55,178 nt of DNA from Thermoplasmata archaeon (GTDB lineage Archaea; Thermoplasmatota; Thermoplasmata; GCA-020350865), in NCBI GenBank assembly GCA_020348445.1, contig CP070751.1, forward strand, positions 896,138 to 951,315. Direction: 5' to 3'. The notes under the pieces were generated by a model. That model had not been told where the DNA came from, did not search any database, and worked only from the letters and a program-made list of their open reading frames with translations. Made by a program: the position numbers and the translations under genes. This document shows, in pieces, positions 1 through 10,282 of the stretch (position 1 is the first letter of the stretch; every line of letters begins with the position of its first letter).

Positions 1-1
1 C

Positions 2-2090
2 GATGTGGACTGGGTTTATTTCGAACTTTTAAGTACTTCCGACATTGCATTGGAAACATATGGGGATGAATTAGATGACACGATATTGTACCTATTCGAA
101 TCTGACGGATCGACACTCATTACCTACGATGATGATGGCAATTACGATTTCTATTCATTGATAACAATAGAGGGCCTCGCCGCAGGAACCTACTACGCCG
201 TAGTAGAGGAGTACGATAACGACAACGAGATTCTAAGCTACACTCTGGAGTTGACAGTGGGAGGTATAGGTGGACCTGACAGCTATGAACCTGATGATGA
301 TTATTCAGAAGCCACTTTGATAGAAGATGGCATTTCGCAGGATCACTCCATATCACCGGCTGATGATTGGGACTGGGTTTACTTCACCCTAACAAGCGCA
401 GCCGATATCGTTTTGGAGACTGAAGGCCTGTCGGGCGGGGACACCATATTGTATCTATTTGAGCCCGTAGGATGGACGATAGTTGATTATGACGACGACG
501 GTGGATTTGACCTGTATTCCAGATTGGAAATGGCAAATCTCGATTCGGGAACCTATTATGCATTGATAGAGGAATATGACAACGACGAAGAAATACCCAG
601 CTACACTTTGGAGCTCACCGTTTCCAGTGTAGGTGTGACTGGTGACAGCTATGAGCCTGACGATACCTCTGCGCAGGCTACTACAATCACCAGCGGAACA
701 CCACAGTCCCATTCCATAGCTCCCGTGGGAGATGTGGACTGGGTGACTTTCACACTTTCCAGTACCGCGGACATAATTTTGGAGACCTCTGGATCTGCAG
801 ATGGGGATACAATATTGTACCTCATTGAATCAGATGGTACGACCCAAGTTACTTATGACGATGACGGCGGAAGCGATTTTTACTCTAGATTGACATGTGA
901 CGACCTTGCTGCTGGGACCTATTATGCGATTGTTGAGGAATATTTCAGCAATGACGAGATTGAAAGCTATTCAATAGAGCTTTCAGTAGTAACCGCAGGA
1001 GCCGGCGATGCCTTTGAACCAGATGATACATCGGCAGAGGCCAGTACCATATCCCATGGAGTGGCGCAGGAGCATTCCATATCACCTGTGGGGGATGTGG
1101 ATTGGGTGAAGTTCACTCTTTCCAGCACCGCAGATATCATTTTAGAGACTTCCAGTGCTGTTTCTGGAGATACTGTAATTTATCTTTGTGCATCAGATGG
1201 AGTGACGTTGATTACCTGGGACGACGACGGTGGTTTTGCCCTCTTTTCCAGGTTGACTTATGACGACCTCGGTGCTGGGACATATTATGCAATGGTTGAA
1301 GAATATTCTTATACAGAGGAGATTCAAAGCTACACTTTGGAACTAACCATATCCAGCATAAGCGAGGGAACAGACAGCTATGAACCTGACGATACATCGG
1401 CGCAGGCCAGTACGATCTCCGATGGAGTAGCCCAGGAGCACTCCATATCACCGGTTGGGGATGTGGACTGGGTAAAATTCACTATAGACAAAGTCTCGGA
1501 TGTGGTTTTGGAGACCTCGGGTGCTGGGTATCAGGATACTGTAATGTATCTCTATGAATCTGACGGTACAACACAAATTTCCTCGGATGATGATGGCGGT
1601 GAAAACCTTTTCTCTAGATTGGCAGTAGAAGGTCTTGTTGCAGGGACATATTACGCATATGTGGTGGAGTACAACAACGACGAAGAGATACCATTCTATG
1701 AACTACTACTCACTGTAACCACCCGTGAATGTGAGGGATACCCGGACAGCTATGAACCAGACGATATCCATTCACAGGCAACTATTCTACCCCCCGACAC
1801 ACGTCAATCTCACTCTATATATCCAATAGGGGATATCGATTGGATTAAATTCACCCTCTCCAGTGCTAGCTCGGTGATGATAGAGACAAAGGGTACAACC
1901 CAGGCAGATACGGTGTTGTATCTTTACGGATCTGACGGGACGACATTGATTGGTTCAGATGACGATGGCGGAATCGATTTCTATTCTAAAATAACAGCAA
2001 CTGGCCTGGCCGCTGGTACCTATTATGCAAAAATCGAGGATTACAGCGGTGATGACACCATTTCCGAGTATTCGATAACCCTTACCCTTG
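2..2090 (+). repeat. Tandem ~120-aa PPC-like (pre-peptidase C-terminal) domain repeats, at least 6 copies (first partial)
   Basis: Five D[SA][YF]EPDD starts plus one partial unit, each containing DW..F, DT.[LM]YL, DDDG[GN] and GTYY. Confidence 0.85.
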
Positions 2091-3967
2091 ATTCTTCAAA
2101 ACTTGCCACAAGTCTTAATGTAAGAAATGCAAATGCCCAGGCAGGATCTTCTGTAGAATTACATGCGCAATTGACTTTAACGGACGGTACTCCCCTTTCA
2201 GGCAAAACGATACAGTTCTCGGTAAATGGAGAGACGGGATCATCCTCAACAGATACCAATGGCAACGCTTATTGGACATTGAATGTTCCCTCGGGTTGGA
2301 GCGGTCAGTACACCATAACCGCGACCTTTGCAGGGGACGCCTCTCTTCTTGAGGCGTCTGGAAATAGCGATTTGACTGTTGGGGATGTAACAATCTTACA
2401 TGGTACGATTAAGTTCGATCTAACCGTTAGCCTCCAGTGGGATGCTGATAACAGTTTCTTTACACCGTTTGTCTCGGGCCTTCGAAGCGCCACAAACTAT
2501 CTCTGGGATGCCACCGAGGGCCAGTTTTGGATTAGGCAGATAACCATTTATGAGAACTCGGAGCATTGGGATACAGCCGATATCAGAGTTCACAACAGTG
2601 CGTATCATCCATGTGCCTACGTAGGAGGTATTGAAAGAAGTGACCAACATATCTATATCGGTCTGGGATGGTCAGGGCAGTCAAGCACTGACCCAAATAC
2701 TTGGGCGACGGCAGACGGATATCGAACCATCATCCATGAGCTGGGCCATTATGCCCTCTATCTGTATGATGAATATTTGGATGCCAATGAACAAAGCCTG
2801 CCAAACTCCCAGATAATGCGTAGAGTGATGGGCTACCAATACGACACTGAGGTAACAGAATTTTCAACGGCCCTTGATTACTCTAATCCCCCCTCAGGAG
2901 CCAGTGCAAACACATATCACTGGGCTTACTACGGAAAATCGTGCTGGGACGTAATTAGTGATAAATATTCAGGGATTACAGTTCCCACACAAAGAGGTCT
3001 TCCTGGTCCCACAGATGATGTGGGTGCAGATACAGAGATAATTCTTCCTGCCGGTACTCTCGAATGTGAACTAACAAAGGATTCAGACGGGGACGGCATC
3101 CCTGATGTCTCCGACAACTTTCCAAAGAATCCCAATGAGATGATTGATTCAGATAATGATGGGATTGGAGACAAATCAGATTCGGACAGCGACAATGACG
3201 GGTACAAGGACAACATTGAAATCGCCTTAGGTACAAATCCCAATGATCCCAAGGAGAAACCCATGGACATAGACTCCGATTTTATTCCCGACGAAATGGA
3301 TGATGATGACGATGGGGACGGATTCTCCGATAAAGTGGAAGAAGCACTTGGTCGTGATCCCAAAAACGCCACTGACTATCCAACTGCACCACAGATAACC
3401 CACACCCTGCCTTCAGGCACCTTCATTGCAGGAAACACAATAAATCTATCTGTGGGAATTGATGATAGAGACGATGATATTAATTTCACCCGGTCTGGAA
3501 TTTACTATTCTTTTGACAATGGAACCACCTGGAATTTCTTACCGTTCACAGACCGCTCAGAGGGAATGTTTAATGTAAGTATAACACCCCCAGTTGGCAC
3601 CTACTCACTTTGGTATTACTTCTTTTTGGTGGATAGCCTCGGGTTGAATTCCACAGATCCTTTGGATGCCCCTGCCTCAAAACATGTCTTAACCCTTCAA
3701 GCAGCTGCAGAGGATGGAGATGGCGATGGAGAGGAAGAGGATGATAAAGAAGATGGGCCTCCGTGGTTGTGGATAGGCGCCATAATAATAGTCGTGGTTG
3801 TCGTGATCGTTGGAGTGATCTCAGGGAAAAAAATGGCAGGAAAAGGAAAACCACCAAAAGAACCTACAGAGGGAATTGGAGAACCAGTAGATCGATTTGA
3901 AGAACCCAAGACTCAACTTGAAGATTCTAAGGAGCCTATTTCCCCTGAAAAGGAAAATGAAGGCTGA
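2..3967 (+). CDS. 5'-truncated giant surface protein: at least 6 PPC-like repeats, Ig-like domain, CLCA-N-type zinc metalloprotease, TSP3-like Ca-binding repeats, Ig-like domain, C-terminal TM anchor
   Basis: The frame is open to the window edge. Recurring DSYEPDD...HSI.P.GD.DW...DDDGG...GTYY units. HELGHYALYLYDEY has the spacing of CLCA HEWAHLRWGVFDEY. DSDGDGIPD/DSDNDG motifs. Hydrophobic WLWIGAIIIVVVVVIVGVIS followed by a Lys/Glu tail. Confidence 0.85.
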   Translation, partial: DVDWVYFELLSTSDIALETYGDELDDTILYLFESDGSTLITYDDDGNYDFYSLITIEGLAAGTYYAVVEEYDNDNEILSYTLELTVGGIGGPDSYEPDDDYSEATLIEDGISQDHSISPADDWDWVYFTLTSAADIVLETEGLSGGDTILYLFEPVGWTIVDYDDDGGFDLYSRLEMANLDSGTYYALIEEYDNDEEIPSYTLELTVSSVGVTGDSYEPDDTSAQATTITSGTPQSHSIAPVGDVDWVTFTLSSTADIILETSGSADGDTILYLIESDGTTQVTYDDDGGSDFYSRLTCDDLAAGTYYAIVEEYFSNDEIESYSIELSVVTAGAGDAFEPDDTSAEASTISHGVAQEHSISPVGDVDWVKFTLSSTADIILETSSAVSGDTVIYLCASDGVTLITWDDDGGFALFSRLTYDDLGAGTYYAMVEEYSYTEEIQSYTLELTISSISEGTDSYEPDDTSAQASTISDGVAQEHSISPVGDVDWVKFTIDKVSDVVLETSGAGYQDTVMYLYESDGTTQISSDDDGGENLFSRLAVEGLVAGTYYAYVVEYNNDEEIPFYELLLTVTTRECEGYPDSYEPDDIHSQATILPPDTRQSHSIYPIGDIDWIKFTLSSASSVMIETKGTTQADTVLYLYGSDGTTLIGSDDDGGIDFYSKITATGLAAGTYYAKIEDYSGDDTISEYSITLTLDSSKLATSLNVRNANAQAGSSVELHAQLTLTDGTPLSGKTIQFSVNGETGSSSTDTNGNAYWTLNVPSGWSGQYTITATFAGDASLLEASGNSDLTVGDVTILHGTIKFDLTVSLQWDADNSFFTPFVSGLRSATNYLWDATEGQFWIRQITIYENSEHWDTADIRVHNSAYHPCAYVGGIERSDQHIYIGLGWSGQSSTDPNTWATADGYRTIIHELGHYALYLYDEYLDANEQSLPNSQIMRRVMGYQYDTEVTEFSTALDYSNPPSGASANTYHWAYYGKSCWDVISDKYSGITVPTQRGLPGPTDDVGADTEIILPAGTLECELTKDSDGDGIPDVSDNFPKNPNEMIDSDNDGIGDKSDSDSDNDGYKDNIEIALGTNPNDPKEKPMDIDSDFIPDEMDDDDDGDGFSDKVEEALGRDPKNATDYPTAPQITHTLPSGTFIAGNTINLSVGIDDRDDDINFTRSGIYYSFDNGTTWNFLPFTDRSEGMFNVSITPPVGTYSLWYYFFLVDSLGLNSTDPLDAPASKHVLTLQAAAEDGDGDGEEEDDKEDGPPWLWIGAIIIVVVVVIVGVISGKKMAGKGKPPKEPTEGIGEPVDRFEEPKTQLEDSKEPISPEKENEG

Positions 3968-4112
3968 GGTAAAAAGAAACATCATTTACCGCAATCTCAA
4001 TTTTTGAAAGTAGATCATCCTATCCCGCAAAATTTAATATAACATTAAATGGGAAAAACCAAAGAATATATAGGAGAATCGTGTTATTCTACTGGATTTA
4101 CGGTGATCACAC

Positions 4113-5594
4113 ATGACCTGGAACGGCCCCATAAACAGAATAGACGATTACCACTACGAGATTCCCAAAAGCTACAAGAGGGGAATGCGCACCTCGGGTA
4201 TATTGTATGTGGATAAGTCCATGTTAGTGGGCACGCTAAAAGACAACGCACCAGAGCAAGTGGCCAATGTAGCCACTCTACCAGGTATACAGGGAAATTC
4301 CATGGCAATGCCCGATATTCACTGGGGCTATGGGTTTCCAATTGGCGGAGTTGCCGCAATGGATGCTGAGGAGGGCGTCATATCACCAGGCGGTGTAGGC
4401 TACGATATTAACTGCGGGGTAAGACTTGTAAAAACAAATCTCATGCAGGAGGATATCAAGGCGAAAATAACCCAGCTCATCGATGCCATGTTCAGCAACG
4501 TACCCTCTGGCTTGGGATCCAAGGGCAAGGTGCGCATCAGCATGCAGGAATTGGACAAGGTTCTCTTAAATGGTGCTGAATGGGCCGTGGAAAATGGCTA
4601 CGGTTGGAAGGACGATCTAAAACACCTTGAGGAAAATGGCGCAATGGATGGTGCAAATCCAAATCTCGTGAGCCAAAAGGCAAAGCAAAGGGGCATGCCC
4701 CAGCTGGGTAGCCTGGGTGCGGGAAACCATTTTTTGGAAATTCAGAGAGTGGACAAGATATATAATCCAGAGGCTGCAAAACTCCTGGGCATCGAGCAGG
4801 AAAACCAAATCATGGTTATGATACATACAGGTTCAAGGGGTTGCGGCTACCAGATCTGCGACGACCAGATAAGGGAGATGGGCCGTCATTTCAGAAAAGA
4901 CGGCTATAACTACGTATCAGATGAATTCAAGATATCTTTGCCAGACAGGCAGCTCGTATGCGCCCCTGTGAACTCCAAGCCGGGTGAAAATTACTTCAAG
5001 GCCATGAAGTGCGCAGCAAACTATGCCTGGACCAACAGGCAGATGATAGTGCATTGGGTCAGGGAATCCTTTGAGAAGGTCTTGGGTAGAAAGGCAGAGG
5101 ATTTGGACATGAAGATCATCTACGATGTCGCCCACAATATAGCCAAGTTCGAGGAACATGAAATCGAGGGGAGAAGAAAAAAGGTGTATGTCCACAGAAA
5201 GGGAGCCACAAGAGCCTTCGGGCCGGGTAGAGTGGAGGTGCCAGAGAAATATAGATCAATGGGTCAGCCAGTCCTAATCCCAGGTGACATGGGTACCGCA
5301 AGTTACGTTCTTATAGGAACAAATAAGGCCATGAAGGAGAGCTTCGGCTCCACATGTCATGGTGCAGGTCGTGTAATGTCAAGAAAGGCCGCGACAAGAA
5401 GATGGAGGGGCCAGGAGATAATTGACAGACTCAAAGGTCAGGGTATCTATGTCAGGGCAGCAAGTAGGGGAGTTGCAGCTGAGGAAGCCCCAGATGCCTA
5501 CAAGAACGTTGACGATGTGGTGAGGATCGCAGACGGTGCAGGCATATCCAAGCTCGTTGCCAGGATGAAGCCTTTGGGTGTCGTAAAGGGTTAA
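4113..5594 (+). CDS. rtcB: RNA-splicing/repair ligase RtcB
   Basis: [70 protein letters not shown]; no intein. Confidence 0.97.
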   Translation: MTWNGPINRIDDYHYEIPKSYKRGMRTSGILYVDKSMLVGTLKDNAPEQVANVATLPGIQGNSMAMPDIHWGYGFPIGGVAAMDAEEGVISPGGVGYDINCGVRLVKTNLMQEDIKAKITQLIDAMFSNVPSGLGSKGKVRISMQELDKVLLNGAEWAVENGYGWKDDLKHLEENGAMDGANPNLVSQKAKQRGMPQLGSLGAGNHFLEIQRVDKIYNPEAAKLLGIEQENQIMVMIHTGSRGCGYQICDDQIREMGRHFRKDGYNYVSDEFKISLPDRQLVCAPVNSKPGENYFKAMKCAANYAWTNRQMIVHWVRESFEKVLGRKAEDLDMKIIYDVAHNIAKFEEHEIEGRRKKVYVHRKGATRAFGPGRVEVPEKYRSMGQPVLIPGDMGTASYVLIGTNKAMKESFGSTCHGAGRVMSRKAATRRWRGQEIIDRLKGQGIYVRAASRGVAAEEAPDAYKNVDDVVRIADGAGISKLVARMKPLGVVKG

Positions 5595-5672
5595 TATCAT
5601 TCCCACCAAAATTAGGAAGGTGAATGTATAATACTGAACTTACTCCCAATTGGGGAGATTGATAGCAACTTA

Positions 5673-6128
5673 ATGACGATGTTAAAAGACAGATTATCTT
5701 ATCTTCCCTTTGAGCTCTCGATCCTCGAGGGAGCCTCTGTTCCCGAGAAATCGTACAATGCTCTAAGAAACCAGTACGAGAGCCTTTTGTTCCTTGATTT
5801 GGCACGGCAATATCCAGGTGATAGGGTCCTGGGTATCACTGATGTGGATCTGTTTGCAGAGCCTTTAAATTTCGTATTCGGGCAGGCGGAGATATCTGGC
5901 AAAGCCGCTGTGATTTCACTCTCAAGACTCAAAGGTAAAAAGAAGATTTATTATAGTAGAACTGTAAAAGAAGCTGTGCACGAATTGGGCCACACATTTG
6001 GGCTTAGGCACTGCGATGAAGAAACTTGTGTAATGCACTTTTCCAATTGTCTAGCAGAGACAGATTTGAAGGGGGAGAAGTACTGTGCAAGTTGTGATAA
6101 AGACTTGAGGAGGAAAGGATTTTCCTAA
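5673..6128 (+). CDS. amzA: Archaemetzincin (M54 zinc metalloprotease); true start may lie upstream at about 5628-5634
   Basis: HELGHTFGLRHC..ETCVMHFSN...D.K...YC.SC (metzincin motif, Met-turn and Cys4 site); NFVFGQA. Confidence 0.93.
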   Translation: MTMLKDRLSYLPFELSILEGASVPEKSYNALRNQYESLLFLDLARQYPGDRVLGITDVDLFAEPLNFVFGQAEISGKAAVISLSRLKGKKKIYYSRTVKEAVHELGHTFGLRHCDEETCVMHFSNCLAETDLKGEKYCASCDKDLRRKGFS

Positions 6129-6289
6129 TTAATTTACTGAAAATGATTCACTCATTTCTTTAATCCGGTTTTATATCTGCCATGGGATAATCAGGTATTA
6201 AGGGGGGAATATATCGAGTTCATATAAACGATAAAATTAGATATATAGCAGGGAATTGAATTCTTATAATGGGAAGTGTAAGTGTAAAA

Positions 6290-7774
6290 TTATTTTAGAA
6301 ATGTCTCCCTCTTATAGGCCGTTGGAATGAACAGTATGAGGGCGGCGAATATTTCCAGCCTGCCCAGCCACATACAGGCAATGAGCCATATCTTGGCAAG
6401 TTTAGGTAGGGCGGCATAACTGAATTCGGGTCCAACAGTCCCTAATGCAGGACCTACATTACCCAGACACGAGGCCGACGCCGAGGCTCCCGAGATCATG
6501 TCCAATCCCAGAGCGAGCATGGCCCCTGTGGAAATAATGAATATGAGGATGTAGGCAAAGAAGAACATGGTTATCGTATGAAGGTCCTGCTCCGAAACCA
6601 CCGTATTCCCGAGGCGCACATGCACCACTTCACGGGGATTTAAAAGCTGCCTGAGCTTCTTCTTCAACATCTTGAGCATGAGAAGAACTCTAACCTGTTT
6701 CATACCCCCTCCTGTTGATGCGGCACATCCTCCAATGAACATGGCAAGTAAAAGTACAAATCTCGAGAATTCAGGCCAGGCATCATAGTTTGCAGTTGTA
6801 TAACCTGTGGATGTCATAATCGATACCGTTTGAAATGCCGAGGTGCTTGCTGAGTTCCCTGATTCATATCCACTTGCAACCTGACTGAAAAACACAAAAA
6901 AGCCTGCGAAAAATATCATGATCATGTAAAACCTGAATTCCGGATCTCTCAGATACTCCCGACCCTTGCCGTGTATGGCATGATAATGGAGTGTGAAGTT
7001 GGTTCCCGCTATTATCATGAACACGATGATGACCCAATGTACAAGAACAGAGTAATATCCCACACTTTCGGTGTGCGGGGAGAATCCTCCTGTGGACATG
7101 GTGGTGAAAGCATGATATACAGATTCATAGAATGGCACCCCCACCAGTACCAACGCTATGACCTCAGCCATGGTAAAGAAAAGATAGACAAGCCAAAGAA
7201 GTTTGGCAGTTTGCATAATCGTTGGTTTTAATTTGTGCAAAGAAGGCCCGGGGGCTTCTGCCTCAAAGAGCCTTCTTCCTCCCCGGGTCAACCGCGTCAA
7301 TACGGCCACACTAAGCACAATAATACCCATTCCTCCGAGCCACTGAAGTAGCGCCCTCCAGAATAATACACTCTGATGATGGTCCTCTAGTGGATAAGAA
7401 AGGACAGTGGCCCCAGTTGTTGTAATACCCGACATGGCCTCAAAATACCCGTCAGTAAAAGAAGATACAGAACCTGCCAGAATAAATGGAAGCGATGCAA
7501 AGAAAGCCACGACCAACCATCCCGCTGATACAATGGCAAATCCCTCTTTATCTGTAAAATCCTCCCTTTTTCCTGCAATCTCCATAACGATACCGCAAAC
7601 TAAAGAGATAAAGAAGCACAAAATAAATATTATAATGGTACCCGGGATTTGCGTGAAAATGAATTCAGAACTAGATTCCCAGAAATAAAGGGCTGGAATT
7701 ATAGGAAGTAAAAAAGCAAAGGAGAACATCTTAAGGATGGTCCCAATCGTACCTAGTACGACACTCACCCTCAA
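6290..7774 (-). CDS. trkH: Trk potassium uptake membrane protein
   Basis: Four pore-loop glycines (SGITTTGAT, TMSTGGFS, TSTGY, GNVGP), WLGGMGI, GGCAASTGGGMK, MWLGRLE. Confidence 0.96.
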   Translation of the reverse strand: MRVSVVLGTIGTILKMFSFAFLLPIIPALYFWESSSEFIFTQIPGTIIIFILCFFISLVCGIVMEIAGKREDFTDKEGFAIVSAGWLVVAFFASLPFILAGSVSSFTDGYFEAMSGITTTGATVLSYPLEDHHQSVLFWRALLQWLGGMGIIVLSVAVLTRLTRGGRRLFEAEAPGPSLHKLKPTIMQTAKLLWLVYLFFTMAEVIALVLVGVPFYESVYHAFTTMSTGGFSPHTESVGYYSVLVHWVIIVFMIIAGTNFTLHYHAIHGKGREYLRDPEFRFYMIMIFFAGFFVFFSQVASGYESGNSASTSAFQTVSIMTSTGYTTANYDAWPEFSRFVLLLAMFIGGCAASTGGGMKQVRVLLMLKMLKKKLRQLLNPREVVHVRLGNTVVSEQDLHTITMFFFAYILIFIISTGAMLALGLDMISGASASASCLGNVGPALGTVGPEFSYAALPKLAKIWLIACMWLGRLEIFAALILFIPTAYKRETFLK

Positions 7775-7780
7775 ACATGC

Positions 7781-9121
7781 TCACCCCGAAAACCATCTAT
7801 CGATTGCCATGCGATCTGTGGGATAGTAAAGGAGAAATAACCTTTCGCCCTCCGAGATCATGTGATTATCTTCTGGAATAAAAGCATCACCCTCACGCAC
7901 AGCTCCTGCTATTAACACAGTCCCAATTGCTGAGGATAACTCACCCACTGCCTTGCCCACACATCTCATTTTGCGGATCACTTTTGTATTCTTTAATAAA
8001 ATATCCTCACTACGAAGTATTTTTCTTCTTAGGGGGTCACCACCTCTGAGAAGGTTCATTATTGTTTTCACTAGAAGTAGGTTAGGGACCACCACATCAT
8101 CCACGAGGGTTTTTTCCACGGACGCCTTCAAATCGATTCGATCCACAAGGGCGAGTGCAGTGGGAACACCGAATTGCTTCGCTAAAACTGCGATGAGGAG
8201 GTTGCGCTCCATTCCGAATCCTGTTGCAAGCATGACATCGAATCGTCCAATCTCCTCCTTTTTAAGAACTCCATGACCGAGAGGATCGGATTGAATCACA
8301 GAGGCCCTTGGAAGGGTTCTTGCCACATCTTCTGTCTTCTTTTTTGATATCTCCATTATGACCACAGATATGTCAGAGTCTAGAAGTTTCTGTGCCAGGG
8401 TTAATCCTGTATTGGTTGCGCCTGCTATAAAAACATCCTTGACCTCTTTATACGGATTTATACCCGTTCCAAGTGCTTTTTTTACATCCTCAACCTTAGC
8501 TCTGTTGTCCAATAATATGCACAATTCGTCCTCCTCCTGAAGGACTGTGGGGTCCAAGGGGATGATCTGCTCCACACCTCTGAAAACTGATATAATTCGA
8601 GAACCCGTGGGTAAATCTAATTGCGATATTTGTTTGCGGCGGCAAGGAGATCTGAACTCCACAACCATATGATAAGTCTTCATATTTCGCTTCCTCAATT
8701 CCCTAAGGGAAGATGGGAAGGAGAAGACCCGTGATATCTGAGCAGCTGTAATTAAAGGGGGACATAAGACAACGTCCACACCTATGTGAACATACCTTCT
8801 GGACACTGCTTCATTTGCTAGGAAGGGGTCGTTGACACGGGCAATGGTCCCGCAACCGTAATAGTTGGCAAGTGAACAACTTGTAAGGTTTGCACTATCA
8901 TCCTTTGTCACACCCAGGTAGTAATCACTTTTTTCGATTCCGGCATCTTTGAGGGAATCGGGATCACTGACATCTCCTTTAATTACAAGGGCATCTATAT
9001 TACTTGCTCTTGCAGCCGCTGATTCATTGTTCTCGACAAATGCCACCTCATGCCCCTCGGCCCTAAGAAGCATGCCAAGGTGTTGACCAGCGTCTCCGGC
9101 ACCCCCTATAACCACATGCAT
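7781..9121 (-). CDS. trkA: Trk potassium uptake gating subunit with two RCK modules
   Basis: N-terminal Rossmann GGAGDAG, GDVSDPDSLKDAGI, duplicated RCK_N/RCK_C layout; immediately upstream of trkH. Confidence 0.9.
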   Translation of the reverse strand: MHVVIGGAGDAGQHLGMLLRAEGHEVAFVENNESAAARASNIDALVIKGDVSDPDSLKDAGIEKSDYYLGVTKDDSANLTSCSLANYYGCGTIARVNDPFLANEAVSRRYVHIGVDVVLCPPLITAAQISRVFSFPSSLRELRKRNMKTYHMVVEFRSPCRRKQISQLDLPTGSRIISVFRGVEQIIPLDPTVLQEEDELCILLDNRAKVEDVKKALGTGINPYKEVKDVFIAGATNTGLTLAQKLLDSDISVVIMEISKKKTEDVARTLPRASVIQSDPLGHGVLKKEEIGRFDVMLATGFGMERNLLIAVLAKQFGVPTALALVDRIDLKASVEKTLVDDVVVPNLLLVKTIMNLLRGGDPLRRKILRSEDILLKNTKVIRKMRCVGKAVGELSSAIGTVLIAGAVREGDAFIPEDNHMISEGERLFLLYYPTDRMAIDRWFSG

Positions 9122-9135
9122 ATAAAATCCAGCTC

Positions 9136-10092
9136 CTAAGTCTGAGAATCCTTGAAAGCTATATCTATCCCCTCTTTTTTAAACTCCTTAATTATGTTCT
9201 CTGATATAGTTGTGCGCATCTCATTTCGCTCTGATATTGGGCAGAAATAAGTCAAAATAACCATGAGACCCTCAGGCTCAAATGAAAGCATAAGCGAGGG
9301 CATTGAGGGAACGTTATCCGAGGAGGATGAATTTTTAATCATATCCTGTCTGTATTTCCTCATGATGGGACCTGCTATGCTATTCCCAACCTGGGTTATC
9401 AGATCCTTGGCCAATAGATGATCGGTTTTTGCTGGCAATAATACCTTGATCTCGTCCCAAACCAGGGACCTTTTAGGGGATATCGTAAAAATCGGACTCG
9501 TAAAAACAAAGGAGTTCGGTATCAGCACCTCCCTGTTCGTGTAATGTTCCTCGCCCATGAATTGATCTGTCTCTATCAATCTAGTATTCATGATCGTTAT
9601 CCCAACTATTCTACCTTTTATCCCCTCCACCTCTACCAGGTCCCCGATCCTCAGTCGATGCTGAAATATAATATGCAGCCAGCCCGCAAAGTTTACAAAG
9701 GCTTTGTAGAACATTATAATGATAATCAAGAATAGGATTCCTATCAGTATACCTATACTTGTAATATCCCCTACAAGCACAAAAGCGAGAATTAGAAGTG
9801 AGGCGATCCAAATTGCATACTTAATGAACTGCCAGGTGTAGGTTGCCTCCTGTGAGGACAGGAACCTGGATAGGGCTCTCATGAAAAAAGGCTGGAGAAT
9901 CGAGATAAAAAGAAGTGTGGCAATCAAAACGAAGATTACAGTAACAGCAGGTGGCAAAAGCACCAAAAGAACGTCCTTAAATGAATCGGCGCCTAGGAAC
10001 CTCCCAAGGTAAGCGGCGATTACAACAAGTATGAAAAGTAGGGCTATTTCGCCAAGGATGAGCTTTACCAAACGATTAGAGCTCTCTTCCAT
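9136..10092 (-). CDS. mscS: Small-conductance mechanosensitive channel family protein
   Basis: N-terminal TM helices, NFAGWLHI...LRIGDLVEVEGIKGRI..I, IPNSFVF. The ATG at 10092 is preferred over the ORF-track start at 10113. Confidence 0.85.
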   Translation of the reverse strand: MEESSNRLVKLILGEIALLFILVVIAAYLGRFLGADSFKDVLLVLLPPAVTVIFVLIATLLFISILQPFFMRALSRFLSSQEATYTWQFIKYAIWIASLLILAFVLVGDITSIGILIGILFLIIIIMFYKAFVNFAGWLHIIFQHRLRIGDLVEVEGIKGRIVGITIMNTRLIETDQFMGEEHYTNREVLIPNSFVFTSPIFTISPKRSLVWDEIKVLLPAKTDHLLAKDLITQVGNSIAGPIMRKYRQDMIKNSSSSDNVPSMPSLMLSFEPEGLMVILTYFCPISERNEMRTTISENIIKEFKKEGIDIAFKDSQT

Positions 10093-10282
10093 ACCACGGT
10101 AATATACAGTCATTATATTTCAATTTTCTCTCGATGATGTTTAAGGGCAATTGTTCCTTTAAAGCCCCGTTTCTTGAGAGGAATTGAGTTTTTATTCTTG
10201 TCAGTTTCCTCTGTTGATTAAAAGAAAAAATATATAATCTTCTATTCCGTTTACAAATAAGAATTAAAAAGGGGGAGTGTAA

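Noticed and set aside
4113-5594. Intein in RtcB
   Set aside because: The length of 493 aa is normal; there is only a short insertion before LPDRQL and no splicing motifs.
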